Made by a program: the position numbers and the translations under genes. Below, in pieces: positions 50,996 to 59,946 of a DNA stretch of 64,000 nucleotides (position 1 is the stretch's first letter; each line of letters opens with the position of its first letter). The stretch spans positions 36,951-100,950 of the forward strand of contig CAZZMN010000006.1 in the NCBI GenBank assembly GCA_964655455.1, written 5' to 3'. This stretch comes from an uncultured archaeon (GTDB lineage: Archaea; Halobacteriota; Archaeoglobi; Archaeoglobales; Archaeoglobaceae). The notes under the pieces were generated by a model, which saw only the letters and a list, made by a program, of their open reading frames with translations, was not told the DNA's origin and made no database searches.

Positions 50996-51859
50996 ATGCT
51001 CGATATTTTGGAAAGATTCGATATCTTGATCTACAGAAGGAGATTTTGCCCACACTTCTCCCTAAGGATTGACGGAGTTGATTTCCACATCGATAGTTTA
51101 CCGGGAAAAGGATTCAATCTGATCACCCATGCTCATACCGATCATCACGGTCTGAGAAATATGAAGAATCGGAAAGCGGTTGCATCTAAGGAGACTGCAC
51201 TTGTATTAGAAGTTGTTAGCGGGGAGAGATTTAGGGGAATTACCTTCGAAGTAGGGAAAACGCTAAAGATCGGAGGAGTAAAGATGAAAACGTTCGAAAC
51301 AAAGCACATGCACGGTTCAGCCGCCTTTTACTTCAACGGTGTTCTGATTACCGGAGATGTTAAGGATTTCTCTTCGCTCCCGAAATGCGATCTTCTGATA
51401 ACTGAGGCGACATACGGGCACCCTATTCATGTTTTCGAAGATGAAATCGATAGGGTCATCAAAGCCGCAAGAGATGGGTGGGAGCTTGGAGCTTATCCCA
51501 TAGGTAAAGCCCAAAGGGTTGCCGAACTTCTTAACGAGAATGACATAGGATTCAAAACTACCGAAAAAATCAAAAGGATATGCAAGGCATTGGGGATAAA
51601 CTTCCAAGATGGTGACGCGAAATTACTACCAACGAAAGAAGTCAGAAATGGCTTTATCCTTTCGGCACAGAGGTTTTACAGAAATCGGATCATTCTAAGC
51701 GACCACATCGATTACAGAGGGATAATAGAAATGATCTCCCACTGTGATCCGGATTACGTTCTTTTCTACCATGGAAAAGCTGATAGGAGATTGATCGAAG
51801 AGGTTAAAAGGATGGGCGTGACGCCTCTAACCTTGGACGATATTGACATCAGACTCTAA
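50996..51859 (+). CDS. metallo-beta-lactamase / beta-CASP-like protein
   Basis: ITHAHTDHHG (HxHxDH) and LITEATYG, a beta-CASP-family-like motif. 287 aa; the substrate is unknown. Confidence 0.55.
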   Translation: MLDILERFDILIYRRRFCPHFSLRIDGVDFHIDSLPGKGFNLITHAHTDHHGLRNMKNRKAVASKETALVLEVVSGERFRGITFEVGKTLKIGGVKMKTFETKHMHGSAAFYFNGVLITGDVKDFSSLPKCDLLITEATYGHPIHVFEDEIDRVIKAARDGWELGAYPIGKAQRVAELLNENDIGFKTTEKIKRICKALGINFQDGDAKLLPTKEVRNGFILSAQRFYRNRIILSDHIDYRGIIEMISHCDPDYVLFYHGKADRRLIEEVKRMGVTPLTLDDIDIRL

Positions 51860-52531
51860 TTTTTTGAAGGTTTCCACCGAGATGTAAAGGAACGGCGTAT
51901 CAAACAGTGCTATTATCAGTTTCAGAACGTATTGTCCAGCGATTAGGGGCAAGAGGGGGGCAACACCGTAGAAGGCTACTGTTATGAAGACGGTTGTATC
52001 TATCAGCTGGGAGATTGATGTGGAAACGTTATTTCTGAGCCACATATGCTTGCCTTTCGAAAGCATTCGCAGAAAGTGATAGGCGTAAATATCATGAGTC
52101 TGGCTGATTATAAATGCTATCAGCGATGCCGCCACGATCCTTGGAGTGAATGTGAACACGGTGTTAAAGGATTCAACTACTTCTTTCGAGAGAAACGGTG
52201 CGGGAGTCATTTTGACTGCAATGATTATGGAGAGGACCGCTATAATGTTTGCAACTAACCCCGTTATGATGGCTTTCTTTGCAGCTTCCTTTCCGTAAAT
52301 TTCGCTTATGAAGTCGGTTACCAAAAACGTCACCGAATACACGATCACTCCAGCGGGAGCAGTAATCCCACCGACCGATATTAATTTGACGGCGATGATA
52401 TTGGCTACTACTGTAAGGACGGCGTAGATTCCTATGGCAATCTCCTTTCCATAAATCCTCGCGAAGGTGAGGACTAAGCACACAGATGCCAAAGTGATAC
52501 CCGCCCACAGTATGAACTCTTCGAAGAGCAT
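51827..52531 (-). CDS. yhhQ: queuosine-precursor (7-deazapurine) transporter YhhQ/Vut family
   Basis: Polytopic protein with TFLVTDFISEIYGK and NNVSTSISQLIDTTVFITVAF, characteristic of the YhhQ (DUF165) family. Confidence 0.75.
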   Translation of the reverse strand: MLFEEFILWAGITLASVCLVLTFARIYGKEIAIGIYAVLTVVANIIAVKLISVGGITAPAGVIVYSVTFLVTDFISEIYGKEAAKKAIITGLVANIIAVLSIIIAVKMTPAPFLSKEVVESFNTVFTFTPRIVAASLIAFIISQTHDIYAYHFLRMLSKGKHMWLRNNVSTSISQLIDTTVFITVAFYGVAPLLPLIAGQYVLKLIIALFDTPFLYISVETFKKLESDVNIVQG

Positions 52532-52562
52532 GGGGTTCCGTTTATCAGCTCGATTTAAAAAC

Positions 52563-53615
52563 TTATGGGATGATCTCCGTTGTGTTGTTGAATTTCGGGT
52601 AATAGAGTCTGTTCAAGTCCAACACACCTTTTTCGCTCAATCTTATTGCAATCTCTATCGATTTCTTCATCTCCCTTATCAGATGGATTGTTGCGTCGCA
52701 GAGCATCTTGAATCCCTTTTCACCCCAAAGTCTTTCCCGATTTGTGAAAAGGCATCTACCTCCGCAGATTCTAAAGTAACCGCATTCGGGACACGGGGAT
52801 TCGATGGTGATTTTTCGCCTTATCCCACTCCATAAATCTCCCACAACATTCCAGTCGAATTCTGCAGCTATTGGACATGCTATGATCTTTCCATCGGTCG
52901 TTATCGCAAAGCTTTCCGTTCCAGAGCCACATGGAGGCTTCAAATTTTCCTCGAATATCATCGCTCTTAAAACTCCGAGGAACGGAACGATCCCGGGAAT
53001 TCTCCCTTTTTTCAGCTCGTTGTTAAAGAAGTCTGCGAGCTTGGTGATACCTCTTTTATATCTCCTAAGCCAATTGGGAAATTCTGAGGGATAAGGGTTC
53101 CAGACTGCGTCGATTTGCCAGTGGACGTGAGTGAATAAACCGAGATTTAATAGATGCACAACATCCTCATAGATGTCCGTCTTTAATGAGGCGACCATTC
53201 TTGCGATGAGCTCATTTTTATAATATTCTTTTATCCTTTTTACTTCTTCTAAAACCCTATCATAGATCTTACCCCTGTAATGTTCGGTGACACTTTTTCT
53301 TCCATCAATTGATACGAGGATAGTCGAGAATTTCTGGATGTATTCCCTTTCGAGTTTGCTCAACATTAATCCGTTTGTCTGGAGGATGAAGTGCTCTGCA
53401 TCAACTTCATTCATAATTTTTTTTATTAAATCCATCCTGAGGAGAGGTTCTCCACCGTAAAAGGCGATTGATACTCTTTTAAGTGAATTGATAAAATCTA
53501 AAAGCTCCCCGATATCGTAGCTGATTTCTGGTGGCATTACGCTTTCATCAATGTTTCCACCGCAGTATCTGCAATTGAGTTGGCACTTACCGGTCAGAAT
53601 CAGGATAAGGAGCAT
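52563..53615 (-). CDS. radical SAM / SPASM-domain enzyme (anSME-like; recalls the AF0577 family)
   Basis: CQLNCRYC at the extreme N-terminus, YGGEPLL, and the SPASM tail PPCGSG...ACP...CPECGYFRICGGRC. 350 aa. Confidence 0.75.
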   Translation of the reverse strand: MLLILILTGKCQLNCRYCGGNIDESVMPPEISYDIGELLDFINSLKRVSIAFYGGEPLLRMDLIKKIMNEVDAEHFILQTNGLMLSKLEREYIQKFSTILVSIDGRKSVTEHYRGKIYDRVLEEVKRIKEYYKNELIARMVASLKTDIYEDVVHLLNLGLFTHVHWQIDAVWNPYPSEFPNWLRRYKRGITKLADFFNNELKKGRIPGIVPFLGVLRAMIFEENLKPPCGSGTESFAITTDGKIIACPIAAEFDWNVVGDLWSGIRRKITIESPCPECGYFRICGGRCLFTNRERLWGEKGFKMLCDATIHLIREMKKSIEIAIRLSEKGVLDLNRLYYPKFNNTTEIIP

Positions 53616-53648
53616 ACAGTTTTAAAACCGGAGGGTGTTAAATAACCT

Positions 53649-54893
53649 ATGCTGGAGAAATCTAAGAAGCTTTATGAAAGGGCTGTTAGTTTGATGCCTT
53701 CAGGTGTTAGTTCTCCTGTCAGAGCGGTAAAGCCTTATCCGTTTTACACAGTGAGAGCAAAGGGATCAAAAATCTACGATGTCGACGGAAACGAGTTCAT
53801 AGACTATTGTATGGCTTACGGTCCCCTGATCTTAGGACACTGTAATGAGAGAGTAAAGGAAGCTGTTAAAGATCAGCTCGAAAATGGATGGATTTACGGA
53901 ACTCCGGTAGAGCTTGAAATCGAATACGCTGAACTTTTGACGAAACTATATCCTTCCATTGAGATGGTTAGATTCATGAACACAGGATGTGAGGCGACAA
54001 TGACCGCCATAAGGCTTGCGAGAGGATTCACAGGAAAGGATAAAATCGTGAAAGTAGAGGGAAGCTTTCATGGGGCCCACGATGCTGTTCTCGTCAAAGC
54101 GGGAAGCGGAGCATTCGGCACACCAAGCTCCGCTGGAGTCCCAAAAGATTTCGTTAAGAATACACTCCAAGTTCCCTTTAACGATACAGAAGTCCTAAGC
54201 GATTTACTTGAAAAAAACGATGATGTAGCGGCCTTAATCCTCGAGCCAGTCATGGGAAACTCTTCGCTGATCCTGCCTAAGGATGGATATCTCAAGGAGG
54301 TTCGTAAAATCACACAAGAAAACGATGTCCTTCTAATATTTGATGAAGTCATAACGGGATTCCGCCTGTCTCTTGGGGGTGCCCAAGAATATTACGGTGT
54401 AAAGCCTGATCTCACAACGCTCGGAAAGATTGCCGGCGGCGGCTTTCCCATTGGCATTGTTGGTGGAAGAAGAGAAATCATGGAGAATTTAGCTCCATCG
54501 GGGAATGTATATCAGGCGGGAACGTTCAGCGGAAACCCGATAACGCTTACAGCGGGACTAACAACCGTGAAAATACTCATGGAGATGAATCCCTATAAGG
54601 AGCTTGAAAGAAAAACAAAAGAGATCGTGGAGGGAATCAGAGACTCCATCAAAGGTAAGGGTGACGTTGATTATATCGCCTCAATATTCTGCGTGTATTT
54701 CGGGGAAAAACCATCAAATTACGAGGATGCGATGAAGCTCGATAGGGATAGATACCTCAGACTCTACTGGAGACTTCTTGAGCATGGTGTTTTTATCCCG
54801 CCCTCTCAATATGAGGTTTGCTTTGTCAGCACAGCTCACACCGATGAGGATGTGAACAGGACGGTGGAGGCTTTTGAAAAATGTCTGAAATAA
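53649..54893 (+). CDS. hemL: glutamate-1-semialdehyde 2,1-aminomutase
   Basis: GVSSPVRA, FDEVITGFR and TLGKIAGGGFPIG (PLP Lys). Confidence 0.9.
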   Translation: MLEKSKKLYERAVSLMPSGVSSPVRAVKPYPFYTVRAKGSKIYDVDGNEFIDYCMAYGPLILGHCNERVKEAVKDQLENGWIYGTPVELEIEYAELLTKLYPSIEMVRFMNTGCEATMTAIRLARGFTGKDKIVKVEGSFHGAHDAVLVKAGSGAFGTPSSAGVPKDFVKNTLQVPFNDTEVLSDLLEKNDDVAALILEPVMGNSSLILPKDGYLKEVRKITQENDVLLIFDEVITGFRLSLGGAQEYYGVKPDLTTLGKIAGGGFPIGIVGGRREIMENLAPSGNVYQAGTFSGNPITLTAGLTTVKILMEMNPYKELERKTKEIVEGIRDSIKGKGDVDYIASIFCVYFGEKPSNYEDAMKLDRDRYLRLYWRLLEHGVFIPPSQYEVCFVSTAHTDEDVNRTVEAFEKCLK

Positions 54894-55759
54894 TTGTAGT
54901 CGGAACGAGAGGAAGTAAACTCGCATTGGCCCAAACTTCAAAGGTAGTTGAGAAACTCGAAGAAAAAGGATACAACGTGGAAATCAAGATAATAAAAAGT
55001 ATGGGAGACATAATGAAGGATAAGCCGTTATACGAGTTTAAGGGATCCGGTGCCTTCGTAAGGACACTTGAGCATGCTTTATTGAAAGGGGAGATAGACA
55101 TAGCCGTCCACAGCTATAAAGACATCCCCAGCAAGATGCTCGACGGAGTGACCGTGGCAGCTGTTCTCAAGAGGGATTCGCCATTTGATGCATTCATTGC
55201 AAGAGATGGTTCTACACTCGACGAGATAAAGCCCTATGCGGTAATAGGCACATCAAGCTTAAGGAGAAGAGCCCAGCTGGGGCTTTACAGACCCGATCTG
55301 AGATTCGAAAACATAAGAGGAAACATCGATACACGCCTGAGGAAGCTTAAGGATGGTTTATATGATGCGATTGTATTAGCTGAAGCCGGATTAATTAGAT
55401 TGGGTTTAGAAGTGGAATATCATAAGTTGCCGATTGAAAAGTTCGTCCCCTCTGCAAATCAGGGGATTATCGCGGTGCAGACGAGAAAAGGAGAGGAGGA
55501 GCTCGTCAGCTTCATAAATCACAAAGACACTTGGATAGAAGCTGAGGTTGAGAGAGCTGTTATGAAAGAACTTGGCATAGGTTGTGCGATTCCAGCTGGG
55601 ATTTATGCTGAGTGTAAGGGCAAGGTGAGGCTGATCGTTCAGATAATAAAAGATAGGAAGGAGTTTAAAGTTGACGAAGAGATTAGTAAGACAAGTGCTG
55701 TTGAAGAGGCTAAGGAAATAGCTAAAGATTTAAAGAGGTTAGTAAGCATCAATTTTTAA
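54881..55759 (+). CDS. hemC: hydroxymethylbilane synthase (porphobilinogen deaminase)
   Basis: IVVGTRGSKLALAQT, IGTSSLRR, RGNIDTRL and the cofactor Cys context GIGCAIPAG. Confidence 0.9.
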   Translation: MSEIIVVGTRGSKLALAQTSKVVEKLEEKGYNVEIKIIKSMGDIMKDKPLYEFKGSGAFVRTLEHALLKGEIDIAVHSYKDIPSKMLDGVTVAAVLKRDSPFDAFIARDGSTLDEIKPYAVIGTSSLRRRAQLGLYRPDLRFENIRGNIDTRLRKLKDGLYDAIVLAEAGLIRLGLEVEYHKLPIEKFVPSANQGIIAVQTRKGEEELVSFINHKDTWIEAEVERAVMKELGIGCAIPAGIYAECKGKVRLIVQIIKDRKEFKVDEEISKTSAVEEAKEIAKDLKRLVSINF

Positions 55760-55930
55760 TTCTTCCGGAACGTTAAAGGAACTCAAATACATGACATCCG
55801 CAAGTTTGTCTGAGCCTTTAAGGGCTAGCCTCTTTTAAACCTTCAATCGGCAAACCTACTCTAATTAAGCTCCTCACGATTTGTAATTCGTAGAGTTCTC
55901 CTTTTTTGCTGTTTTCAAGATTGCAAATAC

Positions 55931-55946
55931 ATTTAAATTTTTAAAA
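55931..55946 (+). promoter_or_regulatory. TATA-box-like element for cobA (probably leaderless)
   Basis: ATTTAAATTTTTAAAA is centred about 25 nt upstream of the ATG at 55962. Confidence 0.4.
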
Positions 55947-55961
55947 TCTGCTAAAAAATAG

Positions 55962-56732
55962 ATGACTGGAAAAGTCTACATAGTCGGTGCAGGTCCGGGA
56001 GATCCTGAGCTACTGACTTTGAAAGCTTTAAAGGTCATTCAGGAAGCTGACGTAATCTTATTTGATGAACTCATCGGTGAGGAGATCAGGGAGCTTTTAA
56101 AGAGGGAAAGCAAAGCGGAGCTAATTGACGTTGGGAAGAGGCACGGAAAACACAAAATGAAACAGGAAGATATAAATGCCCTAATGGTCAAACTTGCGAA
56201 GGAAGGCAAGACAGTCGTTAGGCTCAAAGGTGGTGACCCATTCATTTTCGGAAGAGGTGGAGAGGAAATCGAAGTTCTCGCAGAAAACGGAATAAGATTC
56301 GAAGTTATTCCAGGAATCACGTCAGCCATAGCGGCACCGAGCTACGCTGGGATCCCCGTGACTCACAGAAGATACGATCCTGCCGTTGTCTTCATCACAG
56401 GAAAGCAGGAGAGGGAAAGGCTGGACTGGTCCGCACTCGCAAAGCTCAACGCAACCATTATCATTCTGATGGGAGTTTCGAGCCTGAAAGAGAACGTTGA
56501 AAGATTGCTAAAGCACGGAAAAAATCCAGATACCCCAGTGGCGATAATTGAAAACGCTACAACCCCAAATCAGAGGACGATTATCGGAACCCTGGCAAAC
56601 ATCGTTAAGATCGCTGAAAGGGAGAGAGTGAAGACTCCTGCAGTAATCGTCATCGGAGATGTCGTAAATGTGAGGAAAAAAGTCAAAGATTTCTTAGAAA
56701 ATACAAAATCCCGTAAAGCTGAGAGAATTTGA
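55962..56732 (+). CDS. cobA: uroporphyrinogen-III C-methyltransferase
   Basis: VYIVGAGPGDPELLTLKA, RLKGGDPFIFGRGGEE and VIPGITSA. Confidence 0.85.
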   Translation: MTGKVYIVGAGPGDPELLTLKALKVIQEADVILFDELIGEEIRELLKRESKAELIDVGKRHGKHKMKQEDINALMVKLAKEGKTVVRLKGGDPFIFGRGGEEIEVLAENGIRFEVIPGITSAIAAPSYAGIPVTHRRYDPAVVFITGKQERERLDWSALAKLNATIIILMGVSSLKENVERLLKHGKNPDTPVAIIENATTPNQRTIIGTLANIVKIAERERVKTPAVIVIGDVVNVRKKVKDFLENTKSRKAERI

Positions 56733-57465
56733 TGAAATTTTCTTCTAACTTTCTTTTCAGCAGATTGTAGGATTTTTTCTCAACCTCGAATTCGAAATCG
56801 TATCTAACATCTTTGAGAATTAGCCCGAATGGCGGTGCGGGGGTGAGTGGAATTTTCTCTCCTTCAAGCAGTCTATCGATTAGACTTTCGTCTCCAGTTT
56901 TCCCGACGATCTTCAGTGCTGTCACGATTTTCCTCACCATGTTCCAAGCGAAGGCGTTTCCCTCCACTTCGTAGAAGATCAATCCGTTTTTTTTGGATAT
57001 TTCTGAGCGGTGGATTTTCCTAAAGCACGGTTCACAGGACTTCGCAAAGCTACTGAAATCGTGCTCCCCAACGAGCTTTTTAGCGGCTCTTCTCATCTTT
57101 TCAATATCGTAACCGAGATCAGGCATTACGTACACGTAGATCCTCGATTTGGCTCTCTTTCTTGGATTAAAGTCTTCATCAACGACTTTGTATCCCCATA
57201 CTGTGATATCCTCTGGAAGATTTTTGTTTAAGACTATTAAAAACCATTCATCGAATTCTTTAAGATTCAGAGAAAAGACATTTCCTAAGGCACTTACTCC
57301 GGCGTCTGTTCTTCCGGCGATCTTATATTGGCTCTTCTTCGGATCTATCCCTATCTTCCTGAGTGCACTGAATATCTCCCCGTCCACCGTCCTTAAAGCC
57401 GGCTGATACTGATTTCCGTGAAAGTTCCATCCGAAATAAGCGTGCTTAAACGCAACTCTTAACAT
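56683..57465 (-). CDS. truA: tRNA pseudouridine synthase A
   Basis: Y.G..F.G.Q-type N-terminus (AYFGWNFHGNQYQ) and the catalytic AGRTDAGVSA. Confidence 0.85.
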   Translation of the reverse strand: MLRVAFKHAYFGWNFHGNQYQPALRTVDGEIFSALRKIGIDPKKSQYKIAGRTDAGVSALGNVFSLNLKEFDEWFLIVLNKNLPEDITVWGYKVVDEDFNPRKRAKSRIYVYVMPDLGYDIEKMRRAAKKLVGEHDFSSFAKSCEPCFRKIHRSEISKKNGLIFYEVEGNAFAWNMVRKIVTALKIVGKTGDESLIDRLLEGEKIPLTPAPPFGLILKDVRYDFEFEVEKKSYNLLKRKLEENFIKFSQLYGILYFLRNL

Positions 57466-58238
57466 TCCATGCCTCCATTCAGAAGCTCCGTAAGCACTTT
57501 CGTGTTTCTGTCATGGAGAGAGTAATTGATCTCTTTGTATTCCCTTATATCCTTAAGGTCGATCTCAGCCTGAATAAGCTCCTCCGCATTCTCGTCCCTG
57601 TATATAGCGGGAATACCACGATGGGTAGCTATGAGGCTTCTTCCGACGCACTCCTCTCCTGTAAATGTGTATCCAACTCCACCTGCCTTAACTATGGCGT
57701 AAGCGTTGTCAAAGCACCTTGCAAAGTATAAGCAGTGTCTGAACTCCTTTGCAGGAAAAACGGAGTGTTTAAAAGACACAACTGGATTCAAAACGATCTC
57801 AGCACCCTTCAGTGCTGGAATTCTCGAAAGCTCTGGGTAGAGGATGTCCGCACAGATGAGAGCAGCAATTTTCACTCCATCAATTTCGAAAATTTTTATC
57901 TTACATCCGCATTTTATCCCGAGACTTCTTTCGGTTCTTGTTGGATGAATCTTATCCTGATATCCCAATAGCTCACCGTTTTTGAATATATAGAGGCTGT
58001 TGTAGTAGTGTTCGTCCTTCCGTATCACGTTCCCCGCTACGGTCGCTGAGAACTCCTTGCTTACATTTTCTAGCCATTTCAGCGTTTCTTTAGAAGTTTC
58101 AAGGAATGTATCGTTAACCTTATAAGAAAAGTACTCGGGGAGGAGATATAGGTCACAATCCCCTTCCGATATGAGTTTTTCTGCGCTTTCAAAAGCTTCT
58201 TTAACACCAACTTTGCATTGGACGGCAGCAACTTTCAT
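57459..58238 (-). CDS. carbon-nitrogen hydrolase (nitrilase superfamily)
   Basis: MKVAAVQ...LLPEYF (Glu), KIHP (Lys) and LICADILYPE (Cys). Confidence 0.75.
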   Translation of the reverse strand: MKVAAVQCKVGVKEAFESAEKLISEGDCDLYLLPEYFSYKVNDTFLETSKETLKWLENVSKEFSATVAGNVIRKDEHYYNSLYIFKNGELLGYQDKIHPTRTERSLGIKCGCKIKIFEIDGVKIAALICADILYPELSRIPALKGAEIVLNPVVSFKHSVFPAKEFRHCLYFARCFDNAYAIVKAGGVGYTFTGEECVGRSLIATHRGIPAIYRDENAEELIQAEIDLKDIREYKEINYSLHDRNTKVLTELLNGGMEC

Positions 58239-58663
58239 TATTCTGAGTTTGATCCAGATATATTAAGTCTTCTCAATCTTCTTTCCTTCGGAACATAGTT
58301 GATTATCCTATCCCCGACACCCTTCCCGCATCCGAGGAGATAGTCTTTCCACTTTAAAACAACGTATCCCTTAGCTTTTCTTTTTAAATCTTCCCCGCTT
58401 AGCCATTTTATCATCTCATCGTAATCAACTTCGATTACGTTCTTTTTTATCTGGTCTTTTAAGAGATAGCAACCTTCAATTGATAGGCGGATTCCATCTC
58501 TCTCAAGCTTACCGAAGTAAACACCCGAATGATACTCTTCCAACTCTTCAAAACAACTTCTATAAGCGTAAATTCGATTTTTTCCCATGAGTTTGAGATT
58601 AAAATCTATCCTCTCCACACCGAATTGCTCCTTCAGGAGCCTAAGAATTTCATCCATAGTCAC
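58238..58663 (-). CDS. PUA-like RNA-binding domain protein (Nip7 / RsmF C-terminal-like)
   Basis: 141 aa. The C-terminal GYVVLKWKDYLLGCGKGVGDRIINYVPKERR resembles PUA-type tails of RNA-modifying enzymes. This is a by-eye call only. Confidence 0.4.
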   Translation of the reverse strand: MTMDEILRLLKEQFGVERIDFNLKLMGKNRIYAYRSCFEELEEYHSGVYFGKLERDGIRLSIEGCYLLKDQIKKNVIEVDYDEMIKWLSGEDLKRKAKGYVVLKWKDYLLGCGKGVGDRIINYVPKERRLRRLNISGSNSE

Positions 58664-58670
58664 TTTTAAA

Positions 58671-58967
58671 TTATTTAGAGTTATAAAGATTATCTATCAT
58701 GTCCTGAACGAAAAGTTCTCTGTATGTTGGAGATTTCGTTTCTCCCATAACGCGGGAGAACCGCAGTTTTTCTGAACATCTTCGATCGTTACACCAGGAT
58801 GGACTGAATACATAACCCCGTTTTCATTGAATCTGAACATAGCCATATTTGTGTAATCGTTTCTCTCCAAGTTGAGATCGAGCTTTTCGACTTATCCAGT
58901 CAGTTTCGTAAATCCTTATCGCGTTCACGGTGTTAAGCAACCAAGTGCACTTTGACGGCTTCTTGTT
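58671..58967 (-). pseudogene. decayed fragment of a family I CoA-transferase beta-subunit gene (C-terminal part, at least 2 frameshifts)
   Basis: On the minus strand, three different frames give KKPSKCTWLLNTVNAIRIYETDW, then VEKLDLNLERNDYTNMAMFRFNENGVMYSVHPGVTIEDVQKN, then ETKSPTYRELFVQDMIDNLYNSK-stop. These resemble the ..ECTLPLTG..V..I.T.., ..F.F...G.....HPGVT.E.V.. and ..PT..EL.. blocks of CoA-transferase B subunits. Confidence 0.45.
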
Positions 58968-59057
58968 TTATTTCATGCTTAAAAGTTACCAATAACGTAA
59001 GCAATAGCGTCACCCCTCGCAATCATTTCATTGATTAGGACAAAAAATTTTACGAGC

Positions 59058-59852
59058 TTATAAAATCATCTCTTTGATAGTTTCGATATCATACTTTTCC
59101 GCTCTTTTTTCAATCTCCTTATTTATCCTATCCAAGCACTTCCAAACCTCCCATACTTCAGGAGCTAAACTCCACTCCTCTGGTTTTGTTGCGTATTTTT
59201 CACCGTTATTTATAAAAGTGTACATATACACAACGCAACCTCTGTACTCTCTGTTGTCTCCCGCCCATCTTGTAAATCTTCCGGGAAATATTCCTGCGAT
59301 TTTCCAGCCTCTGCTTATGCACAGTTTCTGGGTTATATCGTGCCAAGTCTCAAGGAATGCTATCAGGTACTCGGCTCCGCTTTCCTTAATCTTTTCTGCT
59401 ATCGCCAAACCGATACCGAGGGGGATGTGTTGCCTTCTGTATTCGGGGTGAGTAACTAGCATTGAGTATTCGATTTCAAGATTTTTGTCGTCTTTTTTTA
59501 ATAGGGCAGCCGACAAAATCTTTCCGGTTCCTCTTTCCTCGGCAACAACCATGCAGAATTCCTTTTCAAATCTGTCTCTCTCCCATCTATCTTCAAGTGC
59601 AACTCTCTCTTTGATCTTCTCTGGGTAAAGAACAAAATCGTAATTAGATCCGTAAATTTCAGGATATCCCATTCTCCAGAGTTCGGCAACTTCTTCGACA
59701 TCTGCACTTCTCAAAACCCTTGCTCTGTATTTTCCACCAAAGTATGATTCTAAGTGAAATTTTGGCCAGATAACCTTTTTTTCTCTAATTTCCCTTGTTT
59801 TGCATGTCTTTGCCATTTCTCTGAATGGTTTGTATTTGCTCATATCTATCAT
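59058..59852 (-). CDS. hypothetical protein with GNAT-like acyltransferase core
   Basis: 264 aa. LVTHPEYRRQHIPLGIGLAIAEKI resembles GNAT motif A. The remainder was not recognised. Confidence 0.35.
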   Translation of the reverse strand: MIDMSKYKPFREMAKTCKTREIREKKVIWPKFHLESYFGGKYRARVLRSADVEEVAELWRMGYPEIYGSNYDFVLYPEKIKERVALEDRWERDRFEKEFCMVVAEERGTGKILSAALLKKDDKNLEIEYSMLVTHPEYRRQHIPLGIGLAIAEKIKESGAEYLIAFLETWHDITQKLCISRGWKIAGIFPGRFTRWAGDNREYRGCVVYMYTFINNGEKYATKPEEWSLAPEVWEVWKCLDRINKEIEKRAEKYDIETIKEMIL

Positions 59853-59946
59853 TGTTTAATACTTGTCTTTTTTGGAATTTAAACATATCTATAACCGACA
59901 ATGTTTCGAGCAAAGATTTTTAAGTGAGATTTAATTCAAAACTTCG

